NCBI GenBank assembly: GCA_001179505.1
Contig: CDMY01000580.1
Location: forward strand, 1 to 48,023
Reading direction: 5' to 3'
Source: Vitrella brassicaformis CCMP3155
Taxonomy: Eukaryota > Protista > Chromerida
Length of the DNA stretch: 48,023 nt
In this document: in pieces, positions 23,543 through 36,000 of the stretch
Position numbering within the stretch: the stretch's first letter is position 1
Layout of the letters: each line of letters opens with the position of its first letter
The notes under the pieces: model-generated
Databases searched by the model: none
Told to the model about the DNA's origin: nothing
What the model saw: the letters and a program-made list of their open reading frames with translations, nothing else
Translations under genes and position numbers: made by a program

Positions 23543-23583
<41 letters not shown>

Positions 23584-23661
23584 GACACCACACACAACAC
23601 ATCCACAGAGGATGATGCATGGTGTGCTGTGGTGAGCTGCGCTGACCTCGAGGACGCTCAT
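23194..23661 (-). CDS. Small single-pass membrane protein, 82 aa, 3 exons
   Basis: Exons 23661-23647, 23511-23402 and 23317-23194 with GT-AG sites in phase: MSVLE|SVPHELMIVVQVLVLIHAVAFAFWFFLFLRDLKKQRK|VSPGGEEKK..KRAV-stop. Confidence 0.7.
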
Positions 23662-24144
23662 TTTGACGGACCAGAGGAATGACAGCACGGCACCGCTCTC
23701 GCTAGGCCGCTGGGATGACGTGGCTGAGCGGATGAACGGACGCGCCTGTGGCAGCTCAGACCCGCTCATCGGGAGACGACGCACACATGCTCATCAGCCG
23801 ACCTGACCTGAGGACGGCAAGATGCACAGCACAAAGATGCCAACCATATTCTTGCCCTGCCCTTGCCTGGCATCCGCCGCTCCTTTGCAAGCAGCGGTTT
23901 CAGGGAGCACCCTAGCTGGCCTGGCCTGCTCCTTTGCAAGTGCGTGCGAGCTTAGAAACGGCGAGCTTTGAATGAAATAGGATTCCTGAAGCAGTGCAAC
24001 GCTCAACACACTACTAGATCCAAGTCCAGGAGCTGCTTTCAACCGTCTTGTTTTTGCTGCGAGCGGTTTTGCCTTTTTCATCTTCCTCCTCATCCCTCTC
24101 CCTCCAGCTCCGTCTGGTTTTTGCCTGTCCGCCGCGCCGCCACC

Positions 24145-24898
24145 ATGACGGAGTCGACGGCGACGTCGCTGTCCCCGACTGACAGCGACTACAACTCGTT
24201 TCCCCAGATCCCCACCAAGAGGGTGCTCGTTACGGGCGGCGCCGGCTTTATCGGCTCACACCTCATCGACATTCTCATGCAGAACGTAAGCCTGAAAAAG
24301 AGAGCAAAACAGCACAGCGAGGGAGACCAACACGGGCAGAAAACACACACACCAACTGGGGAAAGGCGTGACTGTCTCGGTTTTTGTCTGGTCGGGGTGT
24401 GGTGTGTGGTTGTGTTGACCCAGGGCAACGACGTGATATGTGCTGACAGTTACTTCAGCGGCTCCAAGGAGAACGTGGCCAAGTGGATCGGGCACCCCAA
24501 GTTCGAGCTGATGCGGCACGACGTCACGCAGCCCCTCCTGGTGGAGGTCGACCAGATATACCACCTCGCTTGCCCCGCCTCGCCAGTGCACTACCAACAC
24601 AACGCCATCAAGACCCTCAAAACAAACGTACGTACGCCTGCCACACAGACGCAACACATTGAGGAGGGAGGGAGGGAGGAAGGGGGAGACGTTGATGGGC
24701 TCGTTCTCTGTTGTTCTGGTGTTGGGTATGTGTGTGTGGTCCTGGTGTGTTCAGGTGTTGGGTACGTTGAACGTGTTGGGTTTGGCCAAGCGGACGGGCG
24801 CCCGGCTGCTGCTGTCCTCCACGTCAGAGGTCTACGGCGACCCCGAAGTCCACCCACAGGTACACAACGCAACACACACATCGACAGAGAGAGAGACG

Positions 24899-24935
<37 letters not shown>

Positions 24936-26279
24936 ATGGAAGCCTTTCTACCCGCCTGTCTGCCTGTGTGTTGTGTGTCGTGTTTGTGGTGTTAGGTGGA
25001 GGAGTACAACGGCAATGTCAACTGTGTGGGTCGGCGGTCGTGCTACGACGAGGGCAAGCGGTGCGCCGAGGCGCTCTGCATGGACTACCACAGACAGCAC
25101 CACGTCGACATCCGCATCGCGCGCATCTTCAACACCTACGGCCCAAGGATGTTCTTCCACGTACCCCACCAACACACACTCAATGAATGACACGCGGACC
25201 TTTGTGGTGGTGTGTGTGTGTGTGTGAGTGTAGGACGGTCGTGTGGTGTCCAACTTCATCGTCCAGGCCCTCAGGGTAGGGTAGCCCACCACCGGCCGCA
25301 CAGGGCACCACACAAACGCAAAACGCACTGACTACCGTGTTGTGTTGTGTGTGTCATCAGGGCGAGTCTCTGCCGATCTACGGCGACGGTCTGCAGACGC
25401 GCAGCTTCTGCTACGTCGAGGACCTTGCCAGGGGACTCCTGCTGCTCATGAACTGTACGCGACCCACACACACATACCATGACACCACACGGTTCGTCTG
25501 TGGTGTGGTGGTGTGTGTGTGTGTGTGTGCAGGCGACTACATCGGCCCCATCAACATCGGCAACCCTGTGGAGTTCACCATCAAGGAGCTGGCCGAAAAG
25601 GTGCGCGCCAAGGTCAACCCAAAACTCAAAATCGAATACAGACAGTAAGCCACCGCCCGTCCGTCCATCCATCCGACCGCCGTCGTGCATCTGTCTGATG
25701 TGTGAATTTGTGTGTGTGTCGGCGTCCTCAGGATGCCCAAGGACGACCCGAAGCGCCGCCAGCCAGAGATCACCAAGGTGAGTGGCCAAGGCACATGTGT
25801 GTGGTTGTGTGGCTTCATGAGTTGGTTGACGCCTGGGATGCAGGCGCGCAAGATCCTGGGTTGGGAGCCGCGTGTGCACCTGGACGAGGGCCTCCAGCGC
25901 ACCGTCGATGACTTCAAGAGCCGCGCACAGGCAAACCCAAAGGTTAGTAGCTCACCCCCATCCAGGTCACGACACCACACACGACACTCATATTCTCCCT
26001 GTCTCTATATGTGTGTGTGTGTGTGTGTTGACGAGCAGAATCTGTTTATCATGCACCAGACCGAGGCCAAGCCGGTCGACGACGACGACGAGGCAGAGCA
26101 GCAGCCGCCCGCCAGCAAAACCATGGTGGGTGGGCGACTGACTGAGTTGTTTGAGCGAGAGGGGCAAAGAAAGCGACCTGATAGATACCCCTCCTCTCCT
26201 CTCCTCTCCTCTCTCTCTTCAGGATGGCAGTTATGGGGCTGGCGAGGGCGGCCCCAGCGTCGTGGAGGCGGGCGCGTAG
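24145..26279 (+). CDS. UXS1: UDP-glucuronate decarboxylase / UDP-xylose synthase (extended SDR), 11 exons
   Basis: gccgccaccATG start; [108 protein letters not shown]. Junction phases checked. Confidence 0.97.
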
Positions 26280-27191
26280 AGGGCCGCGTGACACCCACAC
26301 CGACAGACACCCATACACACGGCGGACAATCGAACCACCCTTTTGTGGATGGAAGAGTGCGTGTGTCGGGGGGCTGTGGAGTGTGTGGGAAGTGTTGTCG
26401 GCCGATGGATGATGGATGGATGGATGGATGGACGGTTGGGGGGGCTGGTGCCGGGCAAAGGAGGGATAGCTAGACGGCGGACAGGCAGATCATCGACTCT
26501 CTCTGACGTAATTAGCTTGGTCTTCTTGGCGCGAACGAGGTGGGGAGACGGAGAACTGATTATTGCTGGTATGGTGGCATATTGCACACGTACGCACGCA
26601 GAGAGAGAGAGGTGGGTCTGAGATGAGATGCGCGCAGAGGAGGGAGGGAGGGAGGGAGCGGTGTATATCGTTCGTATTGATAGCTATCAATATGTGTAGT
26701 CAGTCGGGTGTGAGGGTGGGTGTGTCGAGAGAGGTCCGTAGTCGATGAGTGTGCTCTGTGTGTGTTCAATCTATCTATCTGTCTATCTAATCTGTGTCGA
26801 TTCGATTCACCCATCAGCCGACCCGATCCTCCCCCCAGTCCTACCTACCCTACTTGCTTGCCATATTTTCCCCCGGCCTTCTCTCTGCCGCTCTGAAAAA
26901 GGAGGTCAAGAGAGCATTTGTATCTATCATTCAGGACACTGACCGACAGCCAGCCAGCCAGCCAGCCAGACACACAGACCGACAGATGGATGTGGGGAGT
27001 GGTGGGTGGGGGCCCGGGCCGCTGTGTAGAAGTGACGACTGTCTGTGTAGCCTTCCTTCATCTCATCCTCTTGTCGCTGGATACGATACGTATTGTCATG
27101 CGGCGCCGCCCACTCAGGGAGTGCCACGGCGTGCGGTTCGTGAGTCCGTTCGTGAGTCCGTGCGGGGATGCCCCTCTCTCCCCCCCCCCCC

Positions 27192-27491
27192 NNNNNNNNN
27201 NNNNNNNNNNNNNNNNNNNNNNNNNNNNNNNNNNNNNNNNNNNNNNNNNNNNNNNNNNNNNNNNNNNNNNNNNNNNNNNNNNNNNNNNNNNNNNNNNNNN
27301 NNNNNNNNNNNNNNNNNNNNNNNNNNNNNNNNNNNNNNNNNNNNNNNNNNNNNNNNNNNNNNNNNNNNNNNNNNNNNNNNNNNNNNNNNNNNNNNNNNNN
27401 NNNNNNNNNNNNNNNNNNNNNNNNNNNNNNNNNNNNNNNNNNNNNNNNNNNNNNNNNNNNNNNNNNNNNNNNNNNNNNNNNNNNNNNNNNN
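27192..27491. other. Assembly gap (300 N)
   Basis: Run of N. Confidence 1.
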
Positions 27492-29501
27492 CTCTCCCGT
27501 ATTCGGCGTAGGCCTCTGTCTGTGAGAAGAGCAGCTCCTTGGGCGGGTTGAGGTGGTCCTCGCCGCCATACTTGCCCAGCAGCTCCTGCTTCTTCTCCTC
27601 TTGCAACGCCTGCAGTGCACACCACACACGACAAACGCGTCACGTCCACAACGACCCAAACCCCCCTCGCCCCACTCCCCCCCACCGCCCCTCTCTCTCT
27701 CTGGTGAGTGAGTGACGTACGTACGTACCTTCTTTTTGTCGAGGTGCTGCTTGTACATGTACTCGAGCTGTGTGGGCTGGGCCTGGAAATGCACCTTGGA
27801 ACCGTGCTTATACGACTCCCACGCAAACGCCTCGCTCGTCGCCATCCCCAGGGCGTCGGCAGACATCCGCACGTAGTTGTCGCCGCGGAAGACGCCCTGA
27901 TCGTCCTCGTTCAGGTGCTTCAGAGGGTTGTCACGCATCGACCTGGCACACACACAGACGGCACAGCACGGCACACGTGTGTGGGGATGGGATGGCTTGT
28001 GGGGGCGGGGGAGGGGGGAGGGGGTGAAGGATACCTTACCTGCTCTTGGGGTCGTAGAAGGCCGATCCGAGTTCCAGGTTGTAGAGGTACTTGGCTGTGT
28101 CCTCGCGGATGCGAAGGTTGCGTGAGGTGGTGCGGGTGCGGTCGTCCTTGGTCGCCACGGGGGCGTTCTGCTCGTCGAAGTCGCGCACCTTGACGTCATC
28201 GTCCGACGCGCCGCCGTCAGAACCCTCGCTGTCGCTGCACGCCAACACGCACACACACACACATCAGACCCCTGTGCTGATTGCTTCCACTTTGCGGGCC
28301 GTTCTGTGTCTGTGAGGCTTCGTTCACATACGTGTCAGTCTCGCTGTCGGTGTCGGTGTCGTGTCCGTCGGTGCCGTCGTCATCATCGCCCTTCTTGTTA
28401 TCGTGGTTGCTGGCGGCCTCTCCCTGGTTGTTGGCCGTTGTGGAAGAGGCGCCCATCCTGCTGTCCAGCTTCTCCAACTTCTTGCGAATCTTGCGCTTCT
28501 TGCGGCGGTCCGTCGCGGCACTCAACTGCTCCCTGATTAGAACAAGGGTGGCACGTGTGTGTGGAGGGGTTCTGGTTTAAAAGGGGGGGGAGGTGAGGTG
28601 GCACCTGAGTTTCTGGTTGAGCTCCTGCGCCTTTCGTCTCTTGCGCTCCATGTCGGCCCGCTCGTACTCGTCGATGACGTCCTTCTTGTAGGTCGACGGG
28701 TCGTAGTTCATCCAACGGTCACGCTTGCCTGAAGACACACACCGCACAGAAGACCATAGACCATTGCCGCATCCACACATCAATCAGGGTCTGTCTAGTT
28801 CAGTAAGCAACGTACCCTCAAAGCCGAGTTCTTGGATCTGTTTCTGGTCGTCCTCGTCTGGCAGTCGCTCGTCGGGTCTGATGTTGCTGCCCGTCCACTT
28901 GGCGCCCTTCCTCCGGGGACGCTCCACACAGTCCTTTGTCGCGTGAGTGATGGCACCGCAGTTCTCACACGCACCTGACACACACCACCACACCAAACCA
29001 CTCCACACACGCGCCATGGACACACACATCTCCACGTGTGACATTTGCCGCGCCAGCGCACCTTTCCTGTACTTGGACGCGGCTTCCTTCTTGAGTCCCT
29101 TTCGCCATGAGAGGTCGAGAGGAATGCGGCTGCCGTCGGGTTTGAGCCGCTGGTGCTTGAGGGAGGGGCCGCTCTGGCTGAGGTACCAAGGAGCCTTAGA
29201 GATGTACTGGGGAATGTGCGGATTGATGTCCTGATGTACACACAGACATTCACAGACAGACAGACAGGGAGCAGGGACAGAGACAAGCAATCAGTGAGCA
29301 CCATGCATGGCGTCGTGTACGTGTGGACAGCGTGAACCGTCCCTTCCTCCCTCCCGCTGTCTGTCTGTCTGTCCCTCCCTCTGTTCGCGTACGTACCCGC
29401 CCCTCTTCGTCCTTCTCGGCGGGAGCAGTGCCCGCCTTGCGCATCTCCTCCAGCTCCTTGGCCTTCTTGATCTCATCGCGACTCAGAAACTGATCCGCCA
29501 T
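27492..29501 (-). CDS. SLU7: Pre-mRNA second-step splicing factor Slu7 (3' part lost in or after the gap)
   Basis: [49 protein letters not shown], zinc knuckle [78 protein letters not shown]. Confidence 0.96.
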
Positions 29502-29610
29502 TCTCGCTACGATGAGCTACAGCAGCTCTCCGGCCACAACTAGGCTTGGGACAGGCAAGCCTTGACAGACGATGAGGCTCAGGCAGAAGTGTCGCTCTTT
29601 GCCGAAATCA

Positions 29611-29648
29611 GCAGCGGCGCTGCTTATGCAGCGGCGCTGCTTATGCAG
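29611..29648. promoter_or_regulatory. Tandem 17-bp direct repeat of a quasi-palindrome in the divergent intergenic region
   Basis: gcagcggcgctgcttat x2 + gcag; the core gcagcg-g-cgctgc is an inverted repeat. Confidence 0.45.
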
Positions 29649-30001
29649 AGGTGTGTCTCATAACTATGGGCAATTCCACACGAACGCGTCCTACTTGCGA
29701 GCTTGGAGAAGATCTGCGAGCTAAGCTTGCGAGTGGGTGGTGATCTACGTTCGCGTTATGAAGGAGTCTCTGGGAGTCGTCAGATGCCCGTGTGCTCACC
29801 GCCACCTTTTGGCGCTGCATCGTCACGGGTTTCGGTCAGGCGAGAAGCAGTGAGGCGTACTACATCGCCCATCTATCGCAGCGCATCCCCGCGGCCTGCC
29901 GCCAGATGCACCTGATGGCCATGCAGCCGCTGCACAGCCCAGCGGAACAATGCATCCTTCATCGTGCGCCCCGACCCCCCAACCTCATCAGCGCGACGAT
30001 C

Positions 30002-33000
30002 ATGCTCGTGCTTCTCCTTATCAGCAGTATGGTGGCTCTATCAATCGCCCAGGCGCCTCTCACGTGCGAGGCGGGGTGCCCCGCAGTGGCTGCTACATCG
30101 GCCAACGACAGCAGCAGCAGCAGCAGCAGTAGCGGTAGCCGCTCCTCTGACTTTTATGTGGTGCGTCGGGAGTGGCTGTCGCACCATATCGCGTCGTCCC
30201 TCTATGCAGCGGTGGTCAGCCAGCACCTCAACCTGACTGTGGGGTGCGTCGGCCGCTCGTGGGAGGCCAGCCACAGCAATGACGACGTGGGCGACATGCG
30301 GAAGGGGTGCTACCAGGTGGATGTGGAGGTGTGGCCGCAGCACGAGCATGAGAGCGAGGATGGCGACGCCGTCGGCACGCTGGACGGCGGGCAGGTCAGC
30401 TACCGCGGCACACGCGGGCTCTTCTTCCCCCGGGCACTCGCAAACCGTTTCCCAGAGCAGCACCTTGAGTACTGGCGGATGCACGCCACCGCCAACAGTT
30501 CCTCTGCGGCACTTGGATACTTCCAGACCACCACTGACCCGTCGTGCTGCGTCAGCAGCAGCAACGGCGGCAACGGGACTTCGGACAGCGATGAGGGGGA
30601 GGTGATGAGGGCTGAGTGTGAGTGCCAGGTGGTGTATGCGTCGCCATTCCTTGACCGTGGCGGCGAGCTGGGCCGCATGCTGCGCGAGCTGGGGATCCCT
30701 GCCTTTGTCGAGTATGTGGGTGGCGGGGGCGGCAACGGGACGACCTTTGAGGAGGAGATGGAGAGGCTACTGCTGGGGTGGGAGGAGGCATTCAACCAGA
30801 CAGCAGGTAAGGTACCTACTTACTGTCCAGAGAGAAGCAGCCACAGGCATTCTTCCTTTCTCGCTGATTTGGTTCGTTTGCTCCTCCCGCTTAGATGCCG
30901 GGGACACTCTTCCCGCGGCCCCGCTGTTCGAGTACGTGTGGCCGGACCCCCTGACAGACCCTCTCACATCCCCCCTACCGCTGCAGGAGCTGCTCCTCCC
31001 GCCCCCACCACCATCATGCGCAGACAAACTGGACCACCACCACCACCGACACGAGTTCCAATCACGCGACGACGACCAGCAGGGAGAGGGAGAGGGAGAG
31101 GGAGGGAAGGGCGCCAACCCTCTCTGCTCATACCAGGTGCGTCACACGAGAGAGAGAGAGGGAGAGCGCTAGCTGGAAGCGACCGCGTGGTTGTCTACAT
31201 CTGTGTCTGTGTCTGTGTCTGCGTGTCAGGTTCGCGTGTTGCGCAAGGAGGCTAGCGAGATGCTGCTCCGGGAGTTCCCTGAGGCCAACTTTGTGTTGAA
31301 CAAGATGGCCCTCACGGCGGCAGACATGCAGCTCCTCATGAAGCGAGTCCACGGCCTCATGGCGGCAGACGTCGATGTCGATCGCGACACGGCCGTCGAC
31401 AGAAGCGTCAAGGAATGGGTGGATGCCCACCCGACGTAAGCATGCACCACCTCCATACCCACACAGGCGCCGTGCCCGATATCTCTCTATCCCTCTCTCA
31501 TGTCAGGTTGGTGAGGTCGTGGCTGCCGTCGTCATGCTCGTCGCAGGGGCTGGTGTTCAGCCCCCTGGACGCCTCTTGTCGCGCCGGCTGCCCTCTCGGC
31601 ACGCAGCCATGGGGCCTCCTGGAGTGCCGCGCCTGCCCGCCAGGCACTTACCGAGACGACATCGAGCTGGCTGCATGCCTGCCATGCCCACCTGGTAACA
31701 CTAACACACACACACACACACCGCTCACACCGCTCACACCCCTCACACCCCACACACCATACCATGCAACACCTGATCCATTATGTGTTGTCTCAACAAC
31801 AGGTACGTACCACAATGCGTCGCTGTCCGAGCCGGCGTGTGCGCAGTGTCCGTTGGGGACGTTCAGCGTCGGCGAAGGGCAGGGCACCTGTGTGCAGTGC
31901 CGAGGCGGCCAGGGGCTCGCCTGCAACGAGATGGCCGTCGGAGTCAGACCAGGATATCGTTTGCTGGAGCCGATTCGCACACGGACGGGTGGCGAGGTGG
32001 CTCTGGTGGTGGCCCCCTGCCCCGTTAAGGAGGCGTGCCTGGCCTCGCAGTGGTGCGACGCAGACAGCATCGACCAGGGCATTTGCACCCCTTCTAAGGA
32101 CCAGCTCCAGGCCACACATGGCCATGGGACGGAGCACAGGATGGTGGATGTACCCAAGCTGGACGACCAGTTCCAAGCGTAAGAACACACACACACACAC
32201 ACACGCACATGGATCGACCAGGTCAGGCCAAGTGCGCCTGAATGTGTGTGTGTTGTGGGTCGATACGTGTCTGTCAGGTGTGCTGAGCATTACAGGGGCA
32301 ATCTGTGCAGCTCCTGCTCGGATGGCTCCACCCGTCTGCTGCAGGGGCAGTGCGTGGCGTGCGCAGAGCTGCTCGGGAGGTGGGACCACGTTCTCATATC
32401 GGTCAGACCGACTCACCCAGACAGACCGACAGACAGCCCGCCGCAATGCCTTCGCAAGTGTGGGCTTCTTCCTTCCATGTGTGTGCAGGTGAGTGTGGTG
32501 ATCTTTCTGGTGCTGTGTCTGTGCTTCGTCTTCATCAACCTACGCAAGAACCGCGGCAACCAAATCAACGGGGCCCTGGGAAAGGTGTGTGTGCATGTAT
32601 GTGCACAGTGACCTCACTCGCCCACAAAACGTCAATTCCTGTGTGTGTGTGTGTGTGTGTGCGTGTGTGTGTGTGTTGCGTCACCTGTCAGATCTTCCTC
32701 AACTACCTGCACCTGGTGAGCTTGGCGTTCTCTGCAGCTGCCTTCGACTTCGGTGCGCTCTTCCCTTCCTACGTGGACGCGGCTCGCATCGCCGGCAACG
32801 CCACACTACAGCCGGACAGAATGCTCTACCTCGGTACGGCCACCCCTCCACACACCCCCACACCCCCACCCACACCCACACACCCACACACACAGAGCAC
32901 TCTCTCTTGTTCTCTGTTTCCTCTGTGTGTTGGCCAGGGTGTCTGTTTCAGTACCTGGGCTACGAGCCACAGGTTCTGCCGCAGATCAACCTGGTCATCG

Positions 33001-36000
33001 CCTTCGTGGCGCCGTTCGTCATTACGGGTGTGGCCAACGTCGTGGCCTACTGCTGCCCGGGCGATGACGCTGACGAGGACGACGCCGCCGGCCACAAGAA
33101 GGAGGACTACAGGCAGCCGATGACGCCGCCCGGTGTCGTGCCGCCCAAGGACGACTCGTTCCACCAGCCGTCGACCTCCCTGACCAATGTCAACACCAGC
33201 CACGGCTCGTCCGTCAACAACCCGCCATCGACCAACCGCAATCCGGACGACGTCCCGACCAGCCAGGAGGACGGCAACCTCACACACACCAAAGACGTAC
33301 GTTAGTGAGAAGGAATATTTCTCACCCACACAGCACAGCCCCAATCACCTCTCTCTGTGTCCTTCATTCTTTCCTTGGGTCATGCAGACTGAGGCCCAGC
33401 CCGCCCTAGCCCCGCCAGCAGCCCCGGTGCGTGCGCCCCGTGGCGGTTTCCGCAAGTTCTCCCTGCAGGCCGTGCAGGCCCTCCAGGCCGTTGCCAGTCC
33501 CCCTGCCAAAGTAGGCTCCCCCGGGTCGCCCCCGATGTCGCCCGGGGGTGGGGAGAACCCCGACCAGCCGGCGCACGTGCGGCGGGGCGGTCGGAAGGCA
33601 AGCGTGAGGGGGTGGCAGGGCGAGAACCTCTTCAGGCCGGGGATCGAGGTCGACTCGGTCATGACCAACGCCACTGATGTGGTGAGCGACAGAGAAGAAG
33701 GCATGGCGGGGCGGGATGTGTGTGTGGTGTTGTGTGTCTGTGTTGTTCAGGCGTCTGTTGGTCTGGAGGTGGGGTATGCGTCTCAGATGATGGCTGACCT
33801 GGACTTCGACGGGCTGCGTTCGTCGCTGGTGAGCTCCTCCCGGCCCAACTACGACAGCAACACATTCGTCGACTCCACGCCACTCGGATTTCCTGCCAAG
33901 CCCAAGGTGCGGTGCCCTTCACACCTTCACACGCACACACGTGTGTGTGCATCGTCTCATGCGAATCTCACCCATCAGGAGGAAGACTCCCCCCCTCCCT
34001 CTCCCCCTCCCTCTCCCCCAAGCCAACAGGGCGGTGTGGACCTCGCGAAGCTCCGAAGAGCCATTGAGACCCGCAAGACCCGGCAGCAGCTGGAGGTGCA
34101 GACGTCTGAGGAGCATGACGCCACCACCATCGTCACCAGCGGCGGTGATCCCGCTTCCACCCCGGGGGGGCAGGAGAGAGACAGCCTTCAGGACGTTACC
34201 TCATCCAAACAGTCGGCAGCGGCGACGGCAGCCACTGGAACCACTACCCCCACCGGTAGGTAGACAAACACACCACCCACCCAACATCCACACCCACCAA
34301 TGGTCGATGGACATCCGTCCGTCATTTTGTGTGCGATCGATGTTGCCTGCTGAAACAGGGAGTGCCAGCCATTCTTATGGCTTCGGCTCGAGCGACAGCG
34401 TGTCTCGGAAGCCGCCTCCCCGTATAGTGGAGGAGGTGGGTGAGCACATGGCCGAGATGCCCCCGCAGGAGCGCAGCTGGATCAAGCGCGTGGGCGACCA
34501 GAACAAGATGTTCCTCGAGAAGTCGCACGAAAACGCAGCCATGATGGCCAAGGCGCTGAAGAAGGGAATCGGTGAGTGAGAAACAGACAGAGGGAAGGAG
34601 AGAGAGAGGGAGGGAGCTGGCATCTCCGTCTGTGTATGTTATCGATGTCAGTGTGGTCGATCGGTTTGAGTATCCGAGTGACGATGCGGCTGATAGCCCT
34701 GACGACACTAGATCTGTTCGCCAACCGCATCGCCATGATTCTCATGCTCATCTTCCACCCCGTCATCATCAAAACGTCCGCAGCCCTCCCCCAAACCCCA
34801 ACTCACACCCCTTCTCCGCTTATCCATTCTCTCTCTCTGTGTGTGTGCGTGTGTCGGTGGTGGGACAGGTATCTGGACAGCATCAGCTGTGTGGAGCTGC
34901 TGCCCGAGGGCACGGCGAGCCTCGCCCCCGACGCCAACCGGTGGTTCATGAAGACCAACCTCGACAGAATCTGCCCCATGGCATCTGGGGTAAGCCGAGA
35001 GAGGGACGATATCCACCACGCAGCACGCGACACGGAGGGATCCATGCGTGTGGGTGGGTGTGCAGGTGTTTGAGTGGGACTTTTGGCTGGCGAGTGCTGG
35101 TCTGCTGATATGGGGCATCCTGTTCCCCCTGTTTGGCTTTATTCTCATCGGCGTCAGGCAGGAGGCAATCCTCATTCACGCGGAAGGTGCGTCAGCCCAT
35201 CCATCCATCCATCCGCCATTCGCCCCCCTGAACCAACACACACACACCCGCCACCCCACCTGCTGTGTGTGTGGTTGTGTCAGAGCGAGCCCGGTTCGGC
35301 TTTATGATCAACGGTTATCGAGAGGACTTTTATCACTGGGAGTGTGTCCAGCTGCTCAGGAAAGTCATACTACTCGTCTGCCTCGGTGAGGGGGTGGGTG
35401 GGTCTGTCTGGCGTGCACTGGCTGCACGCAGGACGCAAGACGGGCTGGGCTGGGCTGGGCTGGCTCGTTTGACTGACTCCGATCTGCGGGTGTGGTGTGT
35501 ATGTGTTGTGTGTTCTGTGTTTGCCGCCTCTGTGTCTGTCTGCTATTTCAGCCTTGCCGTATGGCAATGAGTTTCGGGCTTTTTGGATGCTCGTGTTTGG
35601 AGTGGTCTTCCTCTCGTTTCAGCTCGTCTTCCAGCCATATGGTCAGTCCCCTCCCTCCCTCCCTCTCGCCATCACACAAAGAGACGGATGGCACGCTCAC
35701 TCGTCTGTATGTGCGGTGTGTGTGTGTGTGTGTGTCTGTGTGTGTATTGTAGATGACCGGCACCACAACATGTTTAACCGTCTGGAGCAGTGGTCTCTCG
35801 TCAACTTTGTGGTCACCCTCTTCGCCGCCATCTTCTGGAGCCTCCGGGCCTTCAGCGACACCTACGACGCCGACGCGCTCAACCAGGGGGTCAGCCACAC
35901 CACACCAGCCATGGAGCCGCAATGGCTCACGCGGAGTGCATGATCCACGTGTGTGTGTGTGTGTGTGTTGGTTGGTGTGTGATAACTGTCAGTTTGAAGC

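Noticed and set aside
26930-27191. Minus-strand ORF after gap 2 (AVALPEWAAPHDNTYRIQ..) as a SLU7 continuation
   Set aside because: No Slu7 motifs; the ORF-track entries spanning N runs are artefacts.
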